From: Nemertoderma westbladi
Taxonomy: Eukaryota > Animalia > Xenacoelomorpha
Reading direction: 5' to 3'
NCBI GenBank assembly: GCA_032718475.1
Contig: JAUCBJ010008084.1
Span: 1 to 64,000 of the forward strand
DNA: 64,000 nt
A model generated the notes under the pieces. That model did not search any database, was not told where the DNA came from, and saw only the letters and a program-made list of their open reading frames with translations. Shown here one piece after another: positions 36,401-50,061 of the stretch; position 1 is the stretch's first letter, and each line of letters opens with the position of its first letter. Both the position numbers and the translations under genes were made by a program.

Positions 36401-38822
36401 TTGGTAAGGCACCTGGTCGGGACCTACGGGACGCCGTCGCTGGACAACGCGATCTTCCAACACTTCCACTACGTGGTGAAAGGGGACGAGGCGAAGTTCG
36501 GGATTCCGAAGTACCCGAGGGAGTCGCCGAAGAAGGATTGGAAGAGGTTTATAGAGTCCATCAACAGGGGAGGATATATGATCCTAGACGACGAGGGAAC
36601 CGTGGAAGACGAGGAGGGTTCGAGACGAGGATCAGCAGGGTCGGCCAGGACCATACTCCTACATTTGGCCGCGCCAAATGGGGACATTTTCTTATTCGAC
36701 CTAGGAACGTATGGGAAAAAGGACGGGCCAAAATTAAACCGGTTGCCGAAAGCGGTGCAAGTCCTGGTAAGAGAGAAGTCGACGACGAAAGTGGGATCGG
36801 CGATTCGCGAGGACGCGGAGAGAATCATCGGTCCGGACGCCACCAACCTTCTGGATATGCAGAAGGTCTTCATGGCTATGACAGCACCAGACGGGTTGGG
36901 AGTAGTCGGGAACACAGGTCAATGCGGAGCGGTGGCAATGGGCCAGCTATTGGGGCTCGTATGCCACAATCCGATGGACTGGGGGAAGTTCAGGGAGGAT
37001 TACGGAGCAGAACTAGCGAACTCGCTAAAGTGGGGAGCGAGACTGGGAAGGCAAGAGGTGTATCAATTCCGCAGAGGAGCAATAAAGGTATATCAGAAGC
37101 GATATATCCTGCAGGAAGATTGGATAATGATAAGTTTGCTCAACTTATTCATGACCGTGGTTATCGAGAGGGAACCAGCGGCATTTCTGTTATCGGGATC
37201 ACCCCTAAGCTACAGGAGAGCCTTTAAGACGGCCTTCGACAGTCTGGTAGACCACCCGGGGCTGAAGGGCAAGTCGGTGTACTACAACAGCCGACATCTG
37301 ATAGACGGGTAGATAGATACGCCGTATCAGAGATGGGAGCAGCTAGAGACGGATAGACGAGAGGCAAAGCGACTGGAAGAAGTCGCGAGACGGGAAAGGA
37401 TAGAAGCAGAGGAGAGGGAGGAGGAGGCCAGGACGCAGAGTTACGGCTTCGAGGAACAGGCAGGCTTAGACGAACTTCGTTGGACTTCATCAGGGACTTC
37501 GGGGGAGTCTCTAGGGCGAGAACTGGGATGGACGGTGGGATCGCCGAAACCGTCGACGTTGGGGTTGCAAGCGATGCCCATACCAGCGGGCGCCGAAGGC
37601 GACCAACCGCTAAGGAAGTTAGGGGAGCTAGAGGGATGGAGAGCTACGGGCGAGAGCCAAGGCGGGAAGGGACATAGTGGATCCATCGGGATACCGGGGT
37701 TGGAGCCACTGCCAGAGGAGGACGAAGACGACGACGAGTTCGGAGAGATGCCGCCCATCGAGAGGATTGGCCACTCGGACACGGACTGGGTTGGCGGGAG
37801 GGTGGTGACGGCCAGTGGGGCGAGGGCCTTCTGGGATAGACCCGGCAAGCAGGCCTGGGTGCACGAGGAGCCGGCGATGGATTTCGCGTGGAGCACTATC
37901 AGGTTGGGCGAGCAACCAGGGACGGCACCACGGGTAGTATTCGGGGAGACGATGCCCGAGAGGGGCGAGGAGATCGACGTAGACAGGGACACTAACATGC
38001 AGAAGTTCGCCTACCAGCGACTCCACAGACCGCGGAGATCGCTTGGGACGAAAGACGACGTGGGGCGGGAGACATTGGTACTCGGTTGCGATTACTGTGG
38101 GAGACAGACCCACCAGGAAAGGAGCTGTTTGTACCGATTCCAAAAGGGGACCTTTTGTCTCTACTGCCGCGAGTCGAGCCACAGGATGGGGGCGTGTCCA
38201 CGGTTGCATAACCGATGTCCGAAGTGTAACTTTCGGGGACACTATGGACGACGAAGAGAAGTTCAGAACCTTCGAGGAGTGGGCCGACGTCGGGGCCATG
38301 ACGCGGCAGCGCATGAAGGCCCAGGAGTTCAAGTGGGGTTTCTTCCTTATCAATCAGGAGGCTCACTTGGAAATTATAAAGCGGAGGTTACCGTTTACCT
38401 ATCAAGAGGTAGCAACGGCGGCGTCGTATGCCGGAGTGATAAATACACAAAGGTATTTGGACAGGTGGACGCCACAGAACCGAGGGGAGTTTAGGGATTT
38501 CCTGGCGGAGCACGTGCCGCGGGCAATGAAGATGATCTTATGGGACGCCACCAGGGGGAGACAACAGGGCCACTTGGAGGGGTCACCCGCGAAGCGATAT
38601 CGGGAGCTGATAACACCAGCACCCAAGGAGCCAACGACCGGGATCAGTAAGGGTCCGAAGACAGAAAGCGGATCCCAGAGGAGCGGTAGTGACCAGGAAA
38701 CGACCCAGGGAGGAGGACGGCAAAGGGAAAGACTTGAGGTGGTTCCCAAAGTCAGGGGGGATGAACTGAGACTTCAATGTGGTACGCCTGGAAGGCGCCA
38801 CGTGGGACGTACGAACTATTAA
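36401..38822 (+). pseudogene. Accessory ORF3 of element 2: DEDDy exonuclease + linker + triple CCHC knuckle (stop at 37310, frameshift ~38240)
   Basis: ExoI MILDDEG; ILLHLAAPNGDIFLFDL; LPKAVQVLVRE..TTKVGSAIREDA; LLDMQ; ExoIII-like QKRYILQED. ORFs 36401 and 37535 are in the same frame. Knuckles CDYCGRQTHQERSC, CLYCRESSHRMGAC and CPKCNFRGH. C-terminal FEEWAD..GFFL..LPFTY continues in ORF 38043. Confidence 0.8.
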
Positions 38823-39463
38823 GTACAAATTCAAACTGATGCAAATAATTAAATAAGTGCAATTATATGTACGTACGTAGTAATCAGTAGTTTAGCAATA
38901 AAAATATACGTTCGAAGTAAGTACTATAGTCATTCAACCTTTCTCAATTAGCTACTGGGACTGGGGGGCTAACTGACTATGGTACTATGGACGAGACACC
39001 AGACGACTTCACATTTCTTGAGTGCGACGGCACAAAGGGGGAGTGAGATTCGTCAGAAGGGATGGGGTAGTCAAAGGGAGGTCGAGTAAGAGGTGATAGT
39101 GCAGAGTGCAGAGAGAGTGCGAATGCAATTCAAGTGTGTGGGAGGAATAAGAGGCTGAGTGAGGGACAGGGAAGTCCGAGAGTTAGAGCGGTAGTGAGGA
39201 GAAGTAGAGGAGAGTCAGGGTGAGAACAGAGTAGAGTTAAAGTGGCGAAGTGTTGGGGAAACAAAAGTCGTGTGAGGAGCGCACGATCGGCCCGACATGG
39301 GACGCCAGGCGAAACGGGTAGCGATATCATACCCATAGGGAGCGGCCTGGAAAGCCGGCTCCGAGAGAAAATAGTTCCACCCCACACCCGATGCTAGATC
39401 GGGATCCAGCGGAATTGTAGCGCACTTTAGGAGGATGCTATCTTCTCACCGGGAAGATAGCAT

Positions 39464-39472
39464 GGGGGGGAG
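39464..39472 (+). promoter_or_regulatory. Polypurine tract (G7AG) of element 2
   Basis: gggggggag lies directly before the 3' LTR. Confidence 0.85.
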
Positions 39473-39981
39473 TGTTAGCTTTTTCAATTCCGCTAACACA
39501 AACCCATAAAGTAAGCCGTTAAGCAATATTGGGGGCCACGAGGTTGATTACCCAATCTCGTGCCACCCCAATAAAATGGGAAGGAGAAACACACAATAAG
39601 GGTCAGGGGCCACACCCCTGACCGAGAGAGAATAGCAGGAGTGAGGGAAACACTCCAAAGGGCGCCAACAGGGATATCAGCCAATGGGAGGGAGGCACCG
39701 GCTAGGTACAGTAACAAGGCCAACCCGTGCAATATAACCAGTTAACGGTAATCAGTTATTTCAGTTATCTCATTGTGTTGGTCGGTTTAGTTAGGTTAGG
39801 ACCGGAACTTTAATTACCGTTGCGTAACCACTGTGCAGACACCCTATTCTATATCTATACTATTATACCGGAGGACTTTATACAGCAATCAACAATATCC
39901 ACCCTTTACACACACACGGCGGGAACGCGACGCATAAATCAAAAACCGGATAAACCGGGATCCTTTGTGGATCCCGTCACA
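39473..39981 (+). repeat. 3' LTR of element 2
   Basis: Direct repeat of 26048-26556, followed by TSD agcag. Confidence 0.97.
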
Positions 39982-42900
39982 AGCAGGTTATAGAGGCGGG
40001 TAGATAGAACCAAAACAATAAACGATAGTTAACAAATGTTACAAGATTATGCAGGTTAGTAAAGGAGCAGGTTATAGAGGTGGGTAGATAGAACCAAAAC
40101 AATAAACGATAGTTAACAGAGATTATGCAGGTTAGTAAAGGAGCAGGTTACAGAGGCAGGTATATAGAACCAAAACAATAAACGATAGTTAACACGTGTT
40201 ACTAGATTACGCAGGTTAGTAAAGGAGCAGGCTATAGAGGAGGGTAGATATAACCAAAACAATAAACGATAGTTAACACATGTTACAATATTATGTAGGT
40301 TAGTAAAGGAGCAGTTATAGAGGCGGGTAGATAGAACCAAAAACAATAAACGATAGATGACACATGTTACAAGATCACGCAGGTTAGTAAAGGAGCAGGT
40401 TATAGAGGTGGGTAGATAGAACCAAAACAATAAACGATAGTTAACACATGTTACAAGATTATGCAGGTTAGTAAAGGAGCAGACTATAGAGGCGGGTAGA
40501 TAGAACCAAAACAATAAACGATAGTTAACACATGTTACAATATTATGCAGGTTAGTAAAGGAACAGGTTATAGGGGCGGGTAGATAGAACCAAAACAATA
40601 AACGATAGTTGACACATGTTACAAGATTATGCAGGTTAGTAAAGGAGCAGGTTATAGAGGAGGGTAGATAGAACCAAAACAATAAACGATAGTTAACACA
40701 TGTTACAAGATTATGCCGGTTAGTAAAGGAGCAGGTTATAGAGGCGGGTAGATATAACCAAAACAATAAACTATAGTTAACACATGTTACAAGATTATGC
40801 AGGTTAGTAAAGGAGCAGGTTATAGAGGCGGCAAGATAGAACCAAAACAATAAATGATAGTTAACACATGTTACAAGATTATGCAGGATAGTAAAGGAGC
40901 AGGTTATAGAGGCGGGTAGATAGAACCAAAACAATAAACGATAGTTAACACATGTTACAAGATTATGCAGGTTAGTAAAAGAGCAGGCTATAGAAGAGGG
41001 TAGATAGAACCAAAACAATAAACGATAGTTAACACATGTTACAAGATTATGTAGGTTAGTAAAGGAGCAGGTTATAGAGGCGGGTAGATAGAACCAAAAG
41101 AATAAACGATAGTTAACACATGTTACAAGATTATGCAGGTTAGTAAAGGAGCAGGTTACAGAGGCAGGTACATAGAACCAAAACAATAAACGATAGTTAA
41201 CACGTGTTACTAGATTACGCAGGTTAGTAAAGGAGCAGGTTATAGAGGCGGGTAGATAGAACCAAAACAATAAACGATAGTTAACACATGTTACAAGATT
41301 ATGCCAGTTAGTAAAGGAGCAGGTTATAGAGGTGGGTAGATAGAACCAAAACAATAAACGATAGTTAACACATGTTACAAGATTATGCAGGTTAGTAATG
41401 GAGCAGATTATAGAGGAGGGTAGATAGAACCAAAACAATAAACGATAGTTAACACATGTTATAAGATTATGCAGGTTAGTAAAGGAGCAGGTTATAGAGG
41501 CGGGTAGATAGAACCAAAACAATAAGCGATAGTTAACACATGTTACATGATTATGTAGGTTAGTAAAGGAGCAGTTATAGAGGCGGATAGATAGAACCAA
41601 AACAATAAACGATAGTTGACACATGTTACAAGATTATGCAGGTTAGTAAAGGAGCAGGTTATAGAGGAGGGTAGATAGAACCAAAACAATAAACGATAGT
41701 TAACACATGTTACAAGATTATGCCGGTTAGTAAAGGAGCAGGTTATAGAGGCGGGTAGATAGAACCAAAACAATAAACGATAGTTAACACATATTACAAG
41801 ATTATGCAGGTTAGTAAAGGAGAAGGTTATAGAGGCGGGTAGATAGAACCAAAACAATAAACGATAGTTAACACATGTTACAAGATTATGCAGGTTAGTA
41901 AAGGAGCAGGCTATAGAAGAGGGTAGATAGAACCAAAACAATAAACGATAGTTAACACATGTTACAAGCTTATGCCGGTTAGTAAAGGAGCAGGTTATAG
42001 AGGCGGGTAGATAGAACCAAAACAATAAACGATAGTTAACACATATTACAAGATTATGCAGGTTAGTAAAGGAGCAGGTTATAGAGGCGGGTAGATAGAA
42101 CCATAACAATAAACGATAGTTAACACATGTTATAAGATTATGCAGGTTAGTAAAGAAGCAGGCTATAGAGGCGGGTAGATAGAACCAAAACAATAAACGA
42201 TAGTTAACACATGTTGCAAGATTATGCAGGTTAGTAAAGGAGCAGGTTACAGAGGCAGGTACATAGAACCAAAACAATAAACGATAGTTAACACGTGTTA
42301 CAATATGTAGGTTAGTAAAGAATCAGGTTGCGGAGGCGGATAGATTGAACCAAAACAATAAACGATAGTTAACACATGTTACAAGATTATGTAGGTTAGT
42401 AAAGGAGCAGTTATAGAGGCGGGTAGATAGAATCAAAACAATAAACGTTAGTTGACACATGTTACAAGATTATGCAGGTTAGTAAAGGAGCAGGCTATAG
42501 AAGAGGGTAGATAGAACCAAAACAATAAACAATAGTTAACACATGTTACAATATTATGCAGGTTAGTAAAGAAGCAGGCTATAGAGGCGGGTAGATAGAA
42601 CCAAAACAATAAACGATAGTTAACACATGTTACAAGATTATGCAGGATAGTAAAGAAGCAGGCTATAGAGGCGGGTAGATAGAACCAAAACAATAAACGA
42701 TAGTTAACACATGTTACAATATTATGCAGGTTAGTAAAGAAGCAGGCTATAGAGGCGGGTAGATAGAACCAAAACAATAAACGATAGTTAACACATGTTA
42801 CAATATTATGCAGGTTAGTAAAGAAGCAGGTTATAGAGGCGGGTAGATAGAACCAAAACAATAAACGATAGTTAACACATGTTATAAGATTATGCAGGTT

Positions 42901-45900
42901 AGTAAAGAAGCAGGCTATAGAGGCGGGTAGATAGAACCAAAACAATAAACGATAGTTAACACATGTTACAATATTATGCAGGTTAGTAAAGAAGCAGGCT
43001 ATAGAGGCGGGTAGATAGAACCAAAACAATAAACAATAGTTAACACATGTTACAATATTATGCAGGTTAGTAAAGAAGCAGGCTATAGAGGCGGGTAGAT
43101 AGAACCAAAACAATAAACGATAGTTAACACATGTTACAATATTATGCAGGTTAGTAAAGAAGCAGGCTATAGAGGCGGGTAGATAGAACCAAAACAATAA
43201 ACGGTAGTTAACACATGTTGCAAGATTATGCAGGTTAGTAAAGGAGCAGACTATAGAGGCGGGAAGATAGAATCAAAACAATAAACGATAGTTAACACAT
43301 GTTACTAGATTATGCAGGTTAGTAAAGGAGCAGACTATAGAGGCGGGATGATAGAACCAAAACAATAAACGATAGTTAACACATGTTACAAGATTATGCA
43401 GGTTAGTAAAGGAGCAGGCTATAGAAGAGGGTAGATAGAACCAAAACAATAAACAATAGTTAACACATGTTACAATATTATGCAGGTTAGTAAAGGAGCA
43501 GACTATAGAGGCGGGAAGATAGAACCAAAACAATAAACGATAGTTAACACATGTTACAAGATTATGCAGGTTAGTAAAGGAGCAGGCTATAGAAGAGGGT
43601 AGATAGAACCAAAACAATAAACGATAGTTAACACATGTTACAAGCTTATGTAGGTTAGTAAAGGAGCAGGTTATAGAGGTGGGTAGATAGAACCAAAACA
43701 ATAAACGATAGTTAACACATGTTACAAGATTATGCAGGTTAGTAAAGGAGCAGGTTATAGAGGCGGGTAGATAGAACCAAAATAATAAACGATAGATAAC
43801 AGAGATTATGCAGGTTAGTAAAGGAGCAGGTTACAGAGGCAGGTATATAGAACCAAAACAATAAACGATAATTAACACGTGTTACTAGATTACGCAGGTT
43901 AGTAAAGGAGCAGGCTATAGAGGAGGGTAGATATAACCAAAACAATAAACGATAGTTAACACATGTTACAAGCTTATGTAGGTTAGTAAAGGAGCAGGTT
44001 ATAGAGGCGGGTAGATAGAACCAAAACAATAAACGATAGTTAACACATGTTACAAGATTATGCAGGTTAGTAAAGGAGCAGGTTATAGAGGCGGGTAGAT
44101 AGAACCAAAATAATAAACGATAGATAACAGAGATTATGCAGGTTAGTAAAGGAGCAGGTTACAGAGGCAGGTATATAGAACCAAAACAATAAACGATAAT
44201 TAACACGTGTTACTAGATTACGCAGGTTAGTAAAGGAGCAGGCTATAGAGGAGGGTAGATATAACCAAAACAATAAACGATAGTTAACACATGTTACAAG
44301 ATTATGCAGGTTAGTAAAGGAGCAGACTATAGAGGCGGGTAGATAGAACCAAAACAATAAACGATAGTTAACACATGTTACAAGATTATGCAGGTTAGTA
44401 AAGGAGCAGACTATAGAGGCGGGTAGATAGAACCAAAACAATAAACGATAGTTAACACATGTTACAAGATTATGTAGGTTAGTAAAGGAGCAGGCTATAG
44501 AAGAGGGTAGATAAAACCAAAACAATAAACGATAGTTAACACATGTTACAAGATTATGTAGGTTAGTAAAGGAGCAGGTTATAGAGGCGGGTAGATAGAA
44601 CCAAAAGAATAAACGATAGTTAACACATGTTACAAGATTATGCAGGTTAGTAAAGGAGCAGGTTACAGAGGCAGGTACATAGAACGAAAACAATAAACGA
44701 TAGTTAACACGTGTTACTAGATTACGCAGGTTAGTAAAGGAGCAGGTTATAGAGGCGGGTAGATAGAACCAAAACAATAAACGATAGTTAACACATGTTA
44801 CAAGATTATGCAGGTTAGTAATGGAGCAGATTATAGAGGAGGGTAGATAGAACCAAAACAATAAACGATAGTTAACACATGTTATAAGATTATGCAGGTT
44901 AGTAAAGGAGCAGGTTATAGAGGCGGGTAGATAGAACCAAAACAATAAGCGATAGTTAACACATGTTACAAGATTATGTAGGTTAGTAAAGGAGCAGTTA
45001 TAGAGGCGGGTAGATAGAACCAAAACAATAAACGATAGTTGATACATGTTACAAGATTATGCAGGTTAGTAAAGGAGCAGGTTATAGAGGAGGGTAGATA
45101 TAACCAAAACAATAAAACGATAGTTAACACATGTTACAAGATTATGCAGGTTATTAAAGGATCAGGTTATAGAGGCGGGTAGATATGACCAAAACAATAA
45201 ACGATAGTTAACACATGTTACAAGATTATATAGGTTAGTAAAGGAGCAGTTATAGAGGCGGGTAGATAGAACCAAAACAATAAACGATAGTTGACACATG
45301 TTACAAGATTATGCAGGTTAGTAAAGGAGCAGGTTATTGAGGAGGGTAGATATAACCAAAACAATAAACGATAGTTAACACATGTTACAAGATTATGTAG
45401 TTTAGTAAAGGAGCAGATATAGAGGGTAGATATAACCAAAACAATAAACGATAGTTAACACATGTTACAAGCTTATGTAGGTTAGTAAAGGAGCAGGTTA
45501 TAGAGGCGGGTAGATAGAACCAAAACAATAAACGATAGTTAACACATGTTACAAGATTATGCAGGTTAGTAAAGGAGCAGGTTATAGAGGCGGGTAGATA
45601 GAACCAAAATAATAAACGATAGATAACAGAGATTATGCAGGTTAGTAAAGGAGCAGGTTACAGAGGCAGGTATATAGAACCAAAACAATAAACGATAATT
45701 AACACGTGTTACTAGATTACGCAGGTTAGTAAAGGAGCAGGCTATAGAGGAGGGTAGATATAACCAAAACAATAAACGATAGTTAACACATGTTACAAGA
45801 TTATGCAGGTTAGTAAAGGAGCAGACTATAGAGGCGGGTAGATAGAACCAAAACAATAAACGATAGTTAACACATGTTACAAGATTATGCAGGTTAGTAA

Positions 45901-47755
45901 AGGAGCAGACTATAGAGGCGGGTAGATAGAACCAAAACAATAAACGATAGTTAACACATGTTACAAGATTATGTAGGTTAGTAAAGGAGCAGTTATAGAG
46001 GCGGGTAGATAGAACCAAAACAATAAACGATAGTTAACACATGTTACAAGATTATGTAGGTTAGTAAAGGAGCAGGTTATAGAGGCGGGTAGATAGAACC
46101 AAAAGAATAAACGATAGTTAACACATGTTACAAGATTATGCAGGTTAGTAAAGGAGCAGGTTACAGAGGCAGGTACATAGAACGAAAACAATAAACGATA
46201 GTTAACACGTGTTACTAGATTACGCAGGTTAGTAAAGGAGCAGGTTATAGAGGCGGGTAGATAGAACCAAAACAATAAACGATAGTTAACACATGTTACA
46301 AGATTATGCAGGTTAGTAATGGAGCAGATTATAGAGGAGGGTAGATAGAACCAAAACAATAAACGATAGTTAACACATGTTATAAGATTATGCAGGTTAG
46401 TAAAGGAGCAGGTTATAGAGGCGGGTAGATAGAACCAAAACAATAAGCGATAGTTAACACATGTTACAAGATTATGTAGGTTAGTAAAGGAGCAGTTATA
46501 GAGGCGGGTAGATAGAACCAAAACAATAAACGATAGTTGATACATGTTACAAGATTATGCAGGTTAGTAAAGGAGCAGGTTATAGAGGAGGGTAGATATA
46601 ACCAAAACAATAAAACGATAGTTAACACATGTTACAAGATTATGCAGGTTATTAAAGGATCAGGTTATAGAGGCGGGTAGATATGACCAAAACAATAAAC
46701 GATAGTTAACACATGTTACAAGATTATATAGGTTAGTAAAGGAGCAGTTATAGAGGCGGGTAGATAGAACCAAAACAATAAACGATAGTTGACACATGTT
46801 ACAAGATTATGCAGGTTAGTAAAGGAGCAGGTTATTGAGGAGGGTAGATATAACCAAAACAATAAACGATAGTTAACACATGTTACAAGATTATGTAGTT
46901 TAGTAAAGGAGCAGATATAGAGGCCGGTAGATAGAACGAAAACAATAAACGTTAGTTGACACATGTTACAAGATTATGCAGGTTAGTAAAGGAGCAGGTT
47001 ATAGAGGCGGGTAGACAGAACTAAAACAATAAACGATAGTTAACACATGTTACAAGATTATGCAGGTTAGTAAAGGAGCAGGTTATAGAGGCGGGTAGAT
47101 AGAACCAAAACAATAAATGATAGTTAACACATGTTACAAGATTATACAGGTTAGTAAAGGAGAGGGTTTATAGAGGAGGGTAGATAGAACCAAAACAATA
47201 AACGATAGTTAACACATGTTACAAGATTATGCAGGATAGTAAAGGAGCAGGTTATAGAGGCGGGTAGATAGAACCAAAACAATAAACGATAGTTAAGACA
47301 TGTTACAAGATTATGCAGGTTAGTAAAAGAGCAGGCTATAGAAGAGGGTAGATAGAACCAAAACAATAAACGATAGTTAACACATGTTACAAGATTATGT
47401 AGGTTAGTAAAGGAGCAGGTTATAGAGGCAGGTAGATAGAACCAAAAGAAAAAATGATAGTTAACACATGTTACAAGATTATGCAGGTTAATAAAGGAGC
47501 AGGTTACAGAGGCAGGTACATAGAACCAAAACAATAAACGATAGTTAACACGTGTTACAATATGTAGGTTAGTAAAGAATCAGGTTGCGGAGGCGGATAG
47601 ATTGAACCAAAACAATAAATGATTAACTCGTGTTAGAAAATTATGCAGGTTAGTAAAGGAGTAGGTTACCGAGGCGTGTAGATAGAACCAAAACAATAAA
47701 CGATATTTAACACGTGTTACAAGATTATGTAGATTAGTACAGGAGCAGGTTACAG
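39982..47755 (+). repeat. 84-bp satellite array, right segment (~92 monomers), more diverged toward the edge
   Basis: The same monomer resumes in register after the TSD and degenerates at ~47560-47755. Confidence 0.99.
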
Positions 47756-48859
47756 TGAAGCACCGAATTACACAGACATATATAGCGTATATATATTCAA
47801 ATATTATTGTTAGAGTTAAATATACGTGAAAAAAAACTGGAGAGAGTGAAACGTTGTATATGTATGAAGGACTTTAAACGTAAAGATACAAGCATACCCG
47901 GAGGTGCCTCTATATATGAGTAATGAAGTTGAATTGAAGAACAACGACCTTTCATTGTCTGGCAATACAAAACCATATCTGATCGAACATACCGATAACA
48001 CAATAAATTATCCAAAAAAACCTCACGCATATTACAATACCGGTACATAGGCCTAAACTAGCTGACTAGGCCTATATAAATATCATACATTATTACGGTT
48101 ATTTCTTACAGTAGTAGCAAAATTCCCTTTTCTGTTTTAGTACAAACGGAATTTTTTGAAAATTTGCGAGGATTGAAATTAAATATATGCATTATGCTGT
48201 CAGAAAATGTATTACATTTTATACACTGAAAATAATTTAAGATGTCTTAACATTTTAGAATAGACCTATATCAGAATATTATTGTATTATATTATATGTA
48301 ATTTTCGTGATTTGAAGTAAATTTGGGAGCGCATCAGTATTGCGCGCTGCGCTGTTGCGTACCGCACACATCACTCACCTGTGTGCACACCTAGCAGCTG
48401 GTGCGCTGCGCGGCTATTTTCTGCCACAGTGGTACCGTTACTATAAAGCATAATTACCCGATTACCCGTACAGACATACCGGTACTAACACTGAAATAAC
48501 TAACATACCGGTATCTATGAAGTTGGTTTGGTAGGCTCAATCGTGTTTTGTTTTGTTTCGTTTAATGCTAATTTTAATGTCTATGACGGTATTCAGTATT
48601 AGCAGTCGGATTTTTTGATCATAAATTTTTTAAATATTGTGGTTTGAATGAGTAAAAAAATGTTTTTTTGTAAAGAGAATACAGGAATATCTATTTTAAT
48701 TAAAATATTGTTGAATCCAACCAATGTATATTGTATATTGTTGTTTGGCATAATTTTAATAATACCATATGTTTTATTGCATGTCAATATTGACATCTAA
48801 TGTCAATATTGAGGGTTCTTATGTTCATTTATCCCCCACCAAATCTATTTAGAGGCCGT

Positions 48860-50030
48860 AGCGCAGCATCACAAATACTGAAACGAGCTGTCAAAGCGCT
48901 TTAGTTAGAGCCATTCTTGATGCATTATAAATACTGAAAAGAGCTTTTGAAACTATTCAGGCCTTCGCGCAGCACAGAAGCATGTTAAATACTGAAAAAG
49001 AGCTGCTAAAACTGTTCAGAGTCCTTTGCAGCTTTGTGCAGCATGATAAGTGCAGTTGAAATTGTTCAGAGGGTTTCATGCATCATGAGAAAAACTGAAA
49101 AGAACTGATAAAACTGCCCAGAGGCATTCATACAGTTTGAAAAATACAGAAAAGATATCTTAAAGATGCTCAGAGACCGTTGTGCAGCATGATAAACGCT
49201 GAAAATAAATGTTGAAACTATTCAGAGACCTTTGTGCAGCATGATAAATGCTGAAAAGAGCTGCTGAAACTGTTCAGAGGTCTTCGAGCAGCTTGAGAAG
49301 GACTGAAAATAGGTTTTGAAACTTTTAGGCCTTCGCGCAGAATATGAAATACTGAAAAGAGTTGATAGAACTGTTCAGAGTCCTTCATGCAGCATGATAA
49401 ATGCTGAAAATAATAGTTGAAATTGTTCAGATGGCTTCGTGCAACATGAGAAATGCTGAAAATTGCTGTTGACACTGTTCAGAGGCCTTCATGCAGCATG
49501 AGAAATGCTGAAAAGAGCTGTTGAAACTGTTAAAAGCCCTCATGCAGCATGAGAAATACTGAAATGAGCTCATAAAACTGTTCAGAAAGCAGAATCCTTC
49601 ATGCAGCATGATAAATGCTGAAAAGAACAGTTGAAATTGTTCCATGAGCTTCGTGAAACATGAGAAATGTTTAAAATAGCTGTTAGAACTGTTCAGAGAC
49701 CTTCATGCAGCATGAGAAAGGCTGAAAAGAGCTGTTGAAACTGTTTAATTGAATTCCTGAATTCGTAAAGCATGATAAATGTTGAAATGAGCTGTTTAAA
49801 TTGTTCAGAGGCCTTTGTGCAGCTTAATAAGTACTGAAATAGCTGCGAAATTGTCCAGGCCTTTGCGCTGCATGTGAAATGCTTTGAAACTGTAAAAGGT
49901 TTTAAAACTGTTCTGAAGCCTTTGCGATCATCGCAATTTTCCAACCATGCAGCCATGCAAACACGAATTTTTGAAACAATTCAGAGGCCTTCATGCAGCA
50001 TGGAAAATGCTGAAAATGACTGTTGAAACG
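48860..50030 (+). repeat. Old diverged ~52-bp tandem repeat
   Basis: Consensus approx. ctgttcagaggccttcatgcagcatgagaaatgctgaaaagagctgttgaaa, with ~20 imperfect copies. Confidence 0.85.
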
Positions 50031-50061
50031 GTTTATACTTATAAGGTATACACACCAAGGT

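Larger units (their letters stand above)
26048..39981 (+). mobile_element. Full-length BEL/Pao LTR retrotransposon (element 2) with extra exonuclease gene
   Basis: 509-bp LTRs (TGT...ACA) that are nearly identical (3 differences seen), TSD AGCAG (26043-26047 and 39982-39986), BEL/Pao pol, and a PPT at 39464-39472. Confidence 0.97.

Noticed and set aside
17148-47534. Many long minus-strand ORFs (LLFWFYLPASITCSFTNLHNLVTCVNYR repeats)
   Set aside because: These arise from an 84-bp (28-codon) satellite that lacks stops in one frame. They are freely broken by indels, so they are not genes.
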